Origin: Octopus vulgaris
Lineage: Eukaryota
Reading direction: 5' to 3'
Length of the DNA stretch: 64,000 nucleotides
Assembly (NCBI GenBank): GCA_951406725.2
Contig: OX597823.1
Coordinates: forward strand, 85,436,001 to 85,500,000
The position numbers and the translations under genes were made by a program. Positions 1 through 12,431 of the stretch are shown here, one piece after another; within the stretch, counting starts at the first letter, position 1, and each line of letters opens with the position of its first letter. The notes beneath the pieces were generated by a model, which saw nothing but the letters and a program-made list of their open reading frames with translations, did no database searches and was not told the origin of the DNA.

Positions 1-404
1 GCCAACCAACCAACACATTATATAGATATAAAATGAATTTACATCAGGTATGAGAATAAATTTATTCATTTTCTATACATCTATACTCGAAATACCTCCT
101 CCATTTCAATAATATTGTCATAGTGAAAAGTTTGAAACTTTTTTTTTTTTTTTTGCATATCGTAAATAATAAAAGTTGTGTGACTCGACAGAAAACACCG
201 AAGGCTGTATTGTGAGTCGAAGAGTTTGCCTCCATGCGGCTGCTATATCTGCGAGTAATGGTAGGCAATTAGAGCCTACCTCAAATCACGCACAAAAAGT
301 CTTATAAATGGCATTGTTGGACGCCTCAAAAAGGACGAGCTGTTATGGCTGTAGTTCTGTTAACAGTAAATAAGTTCGCTCAGAGCTATGCAACAACGTT
401 GACA

Positions 405-407
405 ATG

Positions 408-452
<45 letters not shown>

Positions 453-540
453 GCTGCTACTAACACTGCTGCAACAACAGCAACAGAAGCAAAAATAAAA
501 ATAACAGCAACAATAGCCAGAACAACGATAGCCACAGCAT
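405..540. repeat. (ACT)n/(GCA)n/(ACA)n compound trinucleotide microsatellite
   Basis: Directly visible; source of the poly-Thr ORF 345-560. Confidence 0.95.
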
Positions 541-716
541 TTGGAATCACTCTACAATAGGAATGTTTTCACTTTTCGTAGACATTTTCGTCTAAAGTTA
601 TACTTTATGTGCAATCCAGAATGAGAAGGTGTTTATGCAAAGGGCTAGAAATATCAGTCAAATCGCTCTTGACTTATTCCCTACCATTTGAAACAAAGTT
701 AGGAGACAATGAATAA

Positions 717-1519
717 AATTATTTCCTACTCTAGGCACAAGGCCTGGAATTTTGGGGTGTGGGCCAGTCAATTACATCGACACACTTATGCGTCTCCTAC
801 TTAATTTTTCGACCCCGAAAGGATGAAAGGCAGAGTCGACCTCAACGGATTTTGAACTCGGAACGTAAAGACAGACGAAATATCGCTAAGCGTTGCGCTC
901 GGCGTGCTAACGTTTCTTATTTATTTACTACCCCCAATGGGCTACACGCAGTGGGGACAATCAAGGACAGACAAAGGGATTAAGTTGATTACATTGACCC
1001 CAGTGGCTAACTAGTACTTATTTAATCAACCCCGAAAGGATGAAAGGCAAAGTCGACCTCATCGCAATTTGAACTCAGAACGTAGCGACAGACGAAATAC
1101 CTATTACTTTACTACCCACAAGGGTCTAAACACAGAGAGGACAAACAAAGACAGACAAACGGATTAAGTCGATTATATCGACTCCTGTGCGTAACTGGTA
1201 TATATTTAATTGACTCCGAAAGGATGAAAGGCAAAGTCGGCCTCGGCGGAATTTGAACTCAGAACGTAGCGGCTGACAAAATACCTATTTCTTTACTACC
1301 CACAAGGGGATAAACACAGAGAGGACAAACAAGGACAGACAAACGGATTTATTCGATTATATCGACACCAGTGCGTAACTGGTACTTATTTAATCGATCC
1401 CCGAAAGGATGAAAAGCAAAGTCGACCTCGGCGGAATTTAAACTCAGAATTTAACGGCAGACGAAATACCGCTAAGTATTTCGCCCGGCGCGCTAACGTT
1501 TCTGCCAGCTCGCCGCCTT
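717..1519 (-). mobile_element. SINE-A tetramer (four head-to-tail/nested units of a tRNA-derived SINE)
   Basis: Four copies of the core (+ strand GACCCCGAAAGGATGAAAGGCAAAGTCGACCTC) near 811, 1028, 1212 and 1397. A/B-box-like head at 1440-1519 (minus: GGCGGCGAGCTGGCAG...GAGTTTAAATTCC). The whole array is flanked by a direct repeat, AGACAATGAATAA (704-716) / AGACATTGAATAA (1520-1532). Confidence 0.9.
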
Positions 1520-1709
1520 AGACATTGAATAATATTTTCCTAGAGACACAGCTCTTCAAAACTGGAGAAGCTGATCTCTAATTCGAAAGACTTGGACCTG
1601 TAAGAGATCATTTAAAGTTAGACACTATTGGTAACATCAATACAGCTTTGCATTTTGTTTGTTTTAATTGTCTTTTAGATTTAAATTTGTTTTAAATAAA
1701 TTTATCGGA

Positions 1710-1844
1710 TGCAAGCTTCGCTGTGTGGTAAGAAGTTTGCTTAGCAATCACATGATTCTGGGTTTAGTCCCACTACCTGCTACCATGTACCCACGAGCCT
1801 TGTAATTGGATTTGGTAGACTGAAAAGTCAGTGGAAGCCTGTCG

Positions 1845-1883
<39 letters not shown>

Positions 1884-1909
1884 CAATATATATATACACA
1901 CACACACAA

Positions 1910-1947
<38 letters not shown>

Positions 1948-2181
1948 TTATCTGTGTATGTCTTTGTGTCTGTGTTTGTCCTTCACTACCACTTGACGAA
2001 CGGTGTTGGTGTGTTTACCCCCCATCCCACCCCGCACCTTAGCGATTCGGTTAGACATCTATAGAATGAGTACCAGGCCTTAAGAAAAATAAACTCAGCG
2101 GTAAATATATTCGACTAGAAGTTCTTCAAGGTGGTGCCCCAGCATGACCGCAGTCTAATCATTGAAACAAGTTCAAAATAA
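1710..2181 (+). mobile_element. SINE-B copy (diverged)
   Basis: GCTGTGTGGTAAG head, GGTTTAGTCCC B-box-like motif, internal microsatellite, 3' end GTGCCCCAGCATGACCGCAGTC...GAAACAAG; aligns by eye with 50705-51120. Confidence 0.8.
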
Positions 2182-2483
2182 ACGTAGAAGATGCAATACC
2201 AATATTAAATACTGAAGCAAATTGACGGATTTTATACTTAAAACGATTTATCCATACAAGCCGTTTTTCTAACAGACTCGGAAGCACGCCAGGTAAAATA
2301 CTTAGCTGCATGTCGTCCGTTGTAACATCCTGAAGTCTAATTCCACCGATGACGACCTTACCTTTCATCATTTTGGGGTCGATAAGATAAGTACAGGTTG
2401 GGCACTAGGCTCAATGTAATCCACTTATTCATTCCTCGAAATTGCAAGCCGATGGTAATTCCAATGACCGCATATAAGACATA

Positions 2484-3672
<1,189 letters not shown>

Positions 3673-4529
3673 TATGTATGTGCAACATAATAACGTGAAT
3701 ATTGTTTGGGCTTTGTTGCGGTTTATCACCTTTTTCAGGTCCGGTGTGCTTTCATTTGTGAGGTGATATATTAGAAAATGTAGCCATTGAAACTGCTATG
3801 ACAGCGTTTCGTAAGTTTTGCATGTTACATCACCATTAAAATTAACTATTACGTGTGTTGTATCTTTTATTATATGATGTTCCTTACTTAGAAATTGCTG
3901 AATACAAAACATCATACATTGATATGCGAAGTAATAACTATTGTACATCTTAGCTTGCGTATCGACTTGACATAGCCAGTGTCGATAAAATACATAGACA
4001 CCTGACATTGCCGATGAAGACATGGTTTCATCTAGAACCGTGATTATTGTTAATTAACTGTTCCAAGTCGTTTAATCTATCGTAACTTTAAGTCAGCAAT
4101 CCCCAGCACCAAGAATAGATGCATGAGTAAATTCTTAGACGATAGGTTTATGTCTCACTTTCCACGAAAGTTTACGAAGTAATTCTCTGTCTATAAATTT
4201 ATACCAGGTCAAGTGTGACAAAGTTAAGATTGCGTGTGGTTGATGCCTACGTTTCGAAGGTTAAAGAGGAGTGAATAAGATATAGTGTGGAACAACGTTT
4301 GCATTGTCAAAGGTGGCAGTTGAAAGGTCATTGAAGCAAATAACACTTTGGGAGCCATTACCGAATCGTGATGTAAACTAAAGGCAAGAGAGTGTCGGAC
4401 GAATAGAGCCGCTTTGATAATATGCTGCGATAAAGAGGCCCGATTGGTGGATGGAGCCCTTAAGCAGGTAAGTTAACTGACAAGCTCGATGACCGAAATG
4501 CATTATCACAGGGTAGGTGTTGTCAAATA

Positions 4530-5098
4530 AGGTGTGGCTGTGTGGTAAGAAACTTGCTTCCCAACCACATGGTTCTTGGTTCAGTCTCATAGCGTGACAC
4601 CTTGAACACGTGTTTTTTTTTCTACCATAGCCTCAGGCTGACCGAAATCCTGTGAGTGAACTTGGGGGACGGAAACTGAAAATAAACGCACCGTGTATGA
4701 ATATTTGTGTCTGTATTTATTTCTCCCCCACAGACACTACTTGACAACCGGTATTGGTGTGTTTGCCGCTACGTTCTGAGTTCAAATTCCGCCTAGGTCA
4801 ACTTTGCCTTTCATCCTCTCGGGGTCGATTAAATAAGTACCAGTTACGCACTGGGCTCGATATAATCGACTTAATTCGTTTGTCAGTCGTTGTTTGTCCT
4901 CTGTGTTTAGCCCCTTGTGGGTAGTAAAGAAATAGGTTAACGCACCCGTAAATTAGCGGTTCGGCACAAAAGAGCGAGAGAATAAGTTGTAGGCTTAAAA
5001 AGTCCTGGGCGATTTGTTCGACTAAAATCCTTCAAGGTGCTCTCCAGCAAAGCCGCAGTCAAATGACCGAAGCAAGTAAATGAAAACAATTAAAAGAA
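4530..5098 (+). mobile_element. SINE-B copy carrying a nested SINE-A
   Basis: Head GTGGCTGTGTGGTAAG at ~4533; SINE-B resumes at ~4937 (GTTAACGCACCCGTAAATTAGCGG) after the insert. Confidence 0.82.
4765..4936 (+). mobile_element. 5'-truncated SINE-A (tail A) nested in SINE-B
   Basis: GAGTTCAAATTCC B box, core TTTGCCTTTCATCCTCTCGGGGTCG, tail TTAGCCCCTTGTGGGTAGTAAAGAAATAG. Confidence 0.88.
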
Positions 5099-5501
5099 TA
5101 ATTGAATATATAAATAAATTCATTAATTAATTAAACCGAGATTGGTTTCAGTCCTGTTCTATAGAGCGCGCAGTAACCAGGAGAAAACTAGATATAATCG
5201 TCCATCTCCGTCAGACCTGGGTGTATAAAGGCTAAAATGATGTTTATTATGAGGAACATCAGTTCAGCATTATATAAGCCGGATCTAGCGGGGATTGGGA
5301 AAGAAGACTGGAAGGGACGAAGAAAATTTTTCAAGTCGGTGTCTTAGATTAGCTTCGGGATAGACTAACACGACTAACTAGATAGATAACTAGACTAACA
5401 TGTCAATCTAATCAATACATCTAGGTTTATTTGTCACTTCTTTTCGTAAATTTGATATTCCTGTTCAATCTATTCAAAACACAGCTCAAAATAGCCTTCT
5501 A

Positions 5502-5716
5502 CGAGGAGGTGCTGAAAAGTTCCTGGCTTTTAGGATGTCACGACAGGCCTGGTTGGAGGCCCGGCTTCCTTAGATTTTTTCAGGCCTTAAAAGAACTGAG
5601 GGACCGCAGCAATAAATGTGTGAATCTGAGAGGGGAATATGTTGGATAAAATCATAATCAAGTGATCCTCCTGTTTTATTTTTGTTACCTAAAGCCAGGA
5701 TCTTTTCAGCACAATG
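5502..5716 (+). mobile_element. Non-autonomous mariner-type element (internal deletion derivative)
   Basis: TA|CGAGGAGGTGCTGAAAAGTTCCTGGCTTT with the inverted end AAAGCCAGGATCTTTTCAGCAC; internal remnant KELRDRSNKCVNLRGEYVG* resembles the mariner transposase C-terminus (RW.KC...GEY.E). Confidence 0.8.
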
Positions 5717-6856
5717 TATATATCATACTAAAAGTATACACAAGGTCGCTGGGCCAGTTGCAATAGGTCCTGAAAATTCGTTCCCACAGTGGCCTGCGAG
5801 AGCGCCACGTCGTTGGGCTTTGCTAGGACGAATTTGTCTCCCTCTGATATTTTCTTTGTTTTAACACAGCACACCCTTAAAAGACGTTATCACAGGTCAA
5901 ATACTTATTTGTATGCGCCTTAATTGCGTCTACAGGATGTTAGTTGATCGAAGCGATGACTGAGTTACATGCGTACAACACATTTAATCTGCAATAACGA
6001 GGTGAAAGAAGATATTTGAATTGTCTGTTTGCGATCTGAAACAGAAAATTAGAACGGCCAAATTAAGTTTGCAATGAAAGTGTTTCTAATCCGACATTCA
6101 ATCACTCTCTGCATTTCTGCTAACCCGCTAACCTACATCAAGAAATGAATTATTTATTTCGATTAGTGTAATGAGGGTGACACTAAATAAACACATTCAG
6201 AGCCATGTCACACGGGACCCTCTACGTTGTCCTCAGACCTGCTTGAAATAACAACCAAATGCCAGCCTATTACCTTAAAGAATGATATCTAATCAGAGAT
6301 TAAATAACTTGGGAATATTAACATCAATTTGTTTCAAAGTTTCATTGGAGGCCAGAATATATTCGTAGATTTTAGCCAATAATGTATGAATAGACAGTTG
6401 TTAAAACCTTGTGACCGTGTCTTGTTAACGTGAATAGTATTTTATTCAACACGTTATGAAAACGTGGTCTATATAATTTACTGCATATTATATGCTATAT
6501 GTCACTATATATTATTGCATATATATAACCAGTGATGCGTTATGAATGCAAACTTGTCTAATTTACTTGGAAAGAACAGCTTTATAAACCTGTATCACCG
6601 TGAAAATTTTAAGAGATACTGATACGATGAAGAAGGCCGAATCACATGCTCGAAACTGGTTCGAATGATTACTATTTTTCTATCAACAATGAATTGTGTA
6701 TAGAGACGATCTATTTACTCACACACACACACGCGCGCGCGCACGTACACACATACATATAGAAACACACACACACACATAATTTCCGTGGAAGTTGGGT
6801 AACCGGATTTATGATTTCTAGGATTCGTGACAGCACTAAAGCTAAAGGAACACGTC

Positions 6857-6933
<77 letters not shown>

Positions 6934-6954
6934 TCGAAGCCACTTTAACAGGGC

Positions 6955-7335
6955 TGTCCGTTCAAGCGATTCAGTCCCACTGCGCGGCACCTTTGGGCAA
7001 ATGACTTCTACTATAGCCTCGGGTCGACCGAAGGGTTGAGTGGATTTGGTAGACGGAAACTGAAAGAAGCCCGAAGTATATACGTATATATATGTATGTA
7101 TGTATGTCTGTGTATATGTTCGTGTGTCTGTGTTTGTCCCCCTCCCCCACCATCGCTTGATAACCGATGCTGGTGTGTTTACGTCCCCGTAACTTAGCGG
7201 TTCGGCAAAAGAGACCAATAGAATAAGTACTAGACTTACAAAGAATAAGTCCTGGGGTCGATTTGCTCAACTGAAGGCTGTGCTCCAGCATGGCCATAGT
7301 CGCATGACTGAAGCAAGTAAAAGAGTATAAGAGTA
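6955..7335 (+). mobile_element. SINE-B copy (5'-truncated)
   Basis: TTCAGTCCCACTGCGCGGCACCTTTGGGCAAATG...GCTCCAGCATGGCCATAGTC...AAGTAAAAGAG. Confidence 0.85.
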
Positions 7336-7378
7336 TGTATATAAATATATGTATCTAGATATATGTGTGTGTATAGAC

Positions 7379-7466
<88 letters not shown>

Positions 7467-7836
7467 TATATATTTTTATATAGCATAAAGTGTAGCTGTA
7501 TAAGAGTCACATTAATCTTGGTGCTAGCGAGGAATTAGCGATGCGATACCTCTACTTACCAAAATCGCAACACACTCTCTTCGAATTAAACTCTATGGCT
7601 TTACACGAGGAAGAACACATCGGGTATAGAAAAGAAAGGGGGGAAAAACGCAAGTCAAAGCTTTGCTTTATTAGTGCTAATTTGTGGGCAGGGGTAAAAA
7701 CTACAGTAACATCAACAATATTATCAACAAGATCTGCAACTACAGCAACAACAACAACCCCCAGCAACAATAGCAATTAGATTTTCTGAAGATCTTCCAG
7801 CACTTAAGAACGATCTTTCGTTATATAACAAATAAT

Positions 7837-8069
7837 AAGGCGGCGAGCTGGTAGAAACGTTAGCACGCCGGGCGAAATTCGTAGCCGTATTTCGTCTGTC
7901 GTTACGGTCCGAGTTCAAATTCCGCCGAGGTCGACTTTGCCTTTCATCCTTTCGGGGTCGATAAATTAAGTACCAGTTACGCACTGGGGTCGATGTAGTC
8001 GACTTAATCCCTTTGTCTGTCCTTGTTTGTCCCCTCTGTGTTTAGCACCTTGTGGGTAGTAAAGAAATA
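7837..8069 (+). mobile_element. Full-length SINE-A monomer (tail A) with 15-bp TSD
   Basis: AAGGCGGCGAGCTGG head through GGGTAGTAAAGAAATA; TSD TATATAACAAATAAT at 7822-7836 and 8070-8084. Confidence 0.93.
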
Positions 8070-8683
8070 TATATAACAAATAATGATACGTTATATAACA
8101 AATATAATACGTTATATAACAAATGATAATACGATTTCTATCGAATTATGAGAGCGTGTTAATACACGATTAATTGCCAAATTAACAGTGACTGAACAGA
8201 TTCGTTGAAGCGTTACACAAATGACTTTGTGGGTTGTTGTGTTGTAACATCTACTTTATGAGTTCAAATTGTACTGCAGTAAACTTTGCCTGTCACCCCA
8301 CCTCAGGGGTTGATATGATAAAGCTCCAGTCAAGAAAGAGACTTTGTGGTATCCGTAAAATTTCTGGCGTTGTGCTTATAATAGAAAGCATCAGTATCCG
8401 TACAATTTCGTTGGCCCCGTAAGCTTCTGTACATAAAGGTTGGTCTATAAAATGTGGATTCAGAAGGCATCGAAACGGCTGTAATCCTAAGGATGCCGAG
8501 AAGTTAAATAAATACATACACCTCTTTTACGTCTTGGCGCTTTATGGTTTAAAGGTGATCCTATAAAACAAGGTATATCGAACGATATTCTGCTGCAGAG
8601 AGGAATTATTAGCAAAGCAAGAAAATTACCTTTTCTTATTGTTAGATGCCTTTAATTGAGAGACGCTACGTTTAACGAGTTAC

Positions 8684-9302
8684 ATGGTAGTGGTGGGAGT
8701 TATAATAGTAGTGGTGGTGACAGTGATAGTAGTAGTAGTAGTAGTGGCGATGGTAGTGGTAGTAGTGGTGGTGGCGGTGGCAGTAGTAGTAGTAATGCTG
8801 GTGGTGATGGTGGTAGTGGTAGTAGTATTTGTAGACGGTGGCGGTTGTGGTGGTGGTAGTAGAGGTGGTGGTGGTAGTAGTAGTAGTAGTGATGTAGTTG
8901 TGGGTGATGAAGAGGGTGATCATGTCTATGATGATGATGCTGATTATAAAAATCCTCATAATTTTGTTAACTAGGATGATCTTGATAATTACGAAGATGA
9001 AGGATGAGGAAAAGGAAGAAGACGATAACGATGACCAGCCGAAGAATGATCTTTACGGTAATGATGGTGAGGATGATGAAGATGATGATAACGAGGGAGA
9101 GAAAGAGCAATAAGAAAAAAAAGAGAATGAAGATGAAGACGACTACGACGACGGCAACGATGATGCTAACGAGGGTGATGATGATAACTGTGGGGGTGAT
9201 AATGGTGGTGTGGTCAGGGTAATGATGATTAAACAGAAAATGAAGAGGTAGTTTTTGATGACAACGATGACGTTGATGATGATGCCGATGATGATGATGC
9301 TA

Positions 9303-9351
<49 letters not shown>

Positions 9352-9550
9352 CGATGAAGATGCAGATGATGATGATGATGATGAGGAAGATGTAGATTAT
9401 GATAATGATGATGATGACGACGATGATGATGATGATGTTGATGATGATGGTGATGTCAGCGACGATAACGATGATGACGATGACAATGATGATGATGACG
9501 ACGATGACGAGAATGATAATGATGATGCTGGTGGTGGTGGTGGTGCTGAC
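8684..9550. repeat. Compound (GTA)/(GTG)/(GAT)n trinucleotide island
   Basis: Directly visible; produces poly-V/S/D/M ORFs. Confidence 0.95.
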
Positions 9551-10029
9551 AACTGTGATACGCTTCTGTTGCTAGTCTTGATAACCGGCAATGAAGGGAG
9601 TAAGAAAGAAAGTAAAAAGGAAGAAAGAAAAAAGAGTAGAGAAGGAGCGAAGACAGAGAGAGGCAGAGAGAAATGAAGCGAAAGAGGGAAACTGAAGATG
9701 CGAATAGAGAAAGGCATTAAACAGAAAAGAAGAAAAAGGAGGGGGGCGAACCCCCCCCCCAAAAAAACCCCAAAAAAACAAGGAATAATATAAGAAAATA
9801 TAAAAAAATACGATGAGAAGAAAAAAGCAAGTAAGATGGCTGTCCTAGCATGAGGTGAGGTATTGGAAGTAGTTCTCTGTATGTCAGAAAAGCCCTGAAG
9901 GAACGAAAACATCTTAGCTTACCCCATAAGCGAAAAGTGAAAACTGGGAGGGACTTAAATAAAACAAAGATTGCAGCCTGCGTCACTTTCATCTTTAGCC
10001 CAGACCGCCAATTACATTCGGCAACATTT

Positions 10030-10342
10030 CACATACACACACACACATAGAAACACACAAACACACACACACACATACACACACACTCACGCACACACAT
10101 ACAGACACACACATAAAAACACACAAACACACACACACATACACACACACTCACACACACATACAGACACACACACATGGAGACGCAAACACACAAGACA
10201 CAGACACACACACGTATACACACAGACATACACATATAGAAATAAACACATATACACACACAGACACAGACACAAACATTCACACACGCACACACTTACG
10301 CACAAGCGCATTTTGTAACAAGGAAAGAGTATAACGGAAGGA

Positions 10343-10382
<40 letters not shown>

Positions 10383-11480
10383 GTGAGAATAATGATGAGA
10401 TAGGGGAAATGATGGTAAAGGTAATGATGATGATGAGGAGGATGAGGTGGAGGTGGAGGAGGATAACAATGACAGTGATAATTATAATGAAGAGGATTAA
10501 CCTTTAAAAATGGTTTTGCAAATCAATTTTTTTAAATATTCAACTACTGTTTGTTTTAACACTGTTTATTATTGTTGTTGTTGTTGTTGTTGCTTTTCAT
10601 CTTCGCCTTCCTTTTCTTCTTCTCCTTCTTGTTCTGCCTTTGCTTATTCTCCTTCTCCTTCTTTTTCTTCTACTTCTTTTCCTTCTTTTTCTTCTCCTCC
10701 TCCTTCTTCCTCTTCTTCTTCTTCTTCTTCTCCTTCTTCTTCTTCTTCTTCTTCTTCTTCTTCTTCTTCTTCTTCTTCTTCTTCTTCGTCGTTGTCGTCA
10801 TATATTTGCTCTTTTCTTTCTTCTATTTCTTCTTTCTTCTATTTCATCTTTACTACTACTACTACTACTACTACTGCTGCTGCTCCTTCTGCTGCTGCTA
10901 CTACTACTACTACTACTACCACTACCACCACCACCTTCATCATCACCATCAGCATCTTCGTCATCATTGTCATCATCATCTTCATCATCATCACAATCAT
11001 TTAATGGTGACATCACTTGTGCCGCCACAATGATTTCTGCCTTAACCTTTGTCTGGTTCCTTACCATAATTCTTCGATCCTTCGCTCCTGTACTTCAAAC
11101 CCATCAGCCGGCTGTGAAAACATTGCTGGTATTATTAATTATGCAAATTATTTGACTCTTCTTTAATGATTATTCAGAAGAAGAATGAGAAGAAGAAGAA
11201 GAAGAAGAAGAAGAAGAAGAAGAAGAAGAAGAAGAAGAAGAAGAAGGAGGAGGAGGTGGAAGAGGAGGAGCTGAAAGAACATAGAAGAAGAAGCAAGAAG
11301 GAGGAGATGAAGAAGAAGAAGACAAAAGAAGAAGAAGCAGATGAAGAAGAAGCAGAAGAAGAAGAAGAAGAAGAAGCAAGAAGGAGGAGATGAAGAAGAA
11401 GAAGAAGAATGAGGAAGGGAAAAAGAAGACGAAGAAGAAGAAGCAGAAGGAGGAGGAGGATGAGGTGGAGAAGAAAACAC
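10030..11480. repeat. (CA)n, (GAT)n, (TTC)n, (CTA)n, (CAT)n and (GAA)n microsatellite cluster
   Basis: Directly visible. Confidence 0.95.
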
Positions 11481-11792
11481 GAAAAATAGAAATAAGAAGG
11501 AAAGATAATGTTGACGTTATCTCTAATTCATGTACACGCAATTCGCAGAATCATTAGAATCTACTGATGTTCGAATTCCACCAAGAGAACTTTTTGTTCT
11601 CTCGGGGTCGGTGAAATTGCTACCAATTGTGCACAAGGGGGCGTCAAAATTTGAAACCGATATTTGAGGTAGTAAGTTCGATTCTCGGCCGGGGTCCGTT
11701 GTGACGTCACTGGTGCAAAGCTGTATCGACCTTTGCATTTCCCTTGGATAACGTCGTGGCGTGGTATACAAGGGCGAGCGTTGGTCTTCCAT

Positions 11793-11827
<35 letters not shown>

Positions 11828-11895
11828 GATATGTATGCATATATATATATGTATATATATATATCTGTGTGTATATATATGCAAATATATATGTA

Positions 11896-11948
<53 letters not shown>

Positions 11949-11977
11949 CCTCTAATTCCCTTTTTTCTTCCCTTCAC

Positions 11978-12017
<40 letters not shown>

Positions 12018-12129
12018 ATCTTTTCTCCTGTCAAAGAAAATACTTCTCCAGCGTTCGCTATTTTAGCCTCCATGTATGGTTTCGTTCGCTTTCATTGTAT
12101 GTCTCCACTGTTGTGATTGAGTTCCCAAC

Positions 12130-12425
12130 TTTCACTCTCCATAAATCCCAATTTTATTTTGGTACTTATGGGAGCAACTGTATTCGAATACTCATATTGT
12201 CATTCAATGCTCGAAATGAGGAGTAGACAAACAGCCGGCAACTGATGAAGGGTCGTTATCTATGTTACTTGCTCTGTCTTCCATGTATCTCTCGTCGTTT
12301 GCGTATTGAACTCATTTGCTTTCGTATTTCATGCAGTTTACTGTTGGTAACTTCCTGTAACCATATATGCATGCATATATCCATGCATACGCACATCTTT
12401 TGTCTCTCCTTGTTTTTTTTTCTGT
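12130..12425 (+). repeat. Interspersed repeat, second copy at 36740-36975 (possibly Penelope-terminus-derived)
   Basis: Shared blocks AATTTTATTTTG, GGGAGC, CTCATATTGTC, TGCTCGAAAT, ACAGCCG.CAACTGATGAAGGGTCGTT, TATGTTACTTG. Confidence 0.7.
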
Positions 12426-12431
12426 TTCTCC

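Noticed and set aside
717-1519. Regularly spaced repeats that superficially resemble a CRISPR array
   Set aside because: The units are whole ~185-bp SINE bodies with no unique spacers; the context is eukaryotic and there are no cas genes.
4474-4510. CTGACAA-GCTCGATGACC-GAAA hammerhead-like string
   Set aside because: Core and stem II mismatches, and no stem I.
5940-6055. Good-looking minus-strand splice acceptor (CTAATTTTCTGTTTCAG) followed by a short open frame
   Set aside because: The 31-codon peptide is unrecognisable and I found no partner exon.
6620-6670. GATGA...CTCGAAACTGGTTC hammerhead-like words
   Set aside because: Stems I and II cannot be built convincingly.
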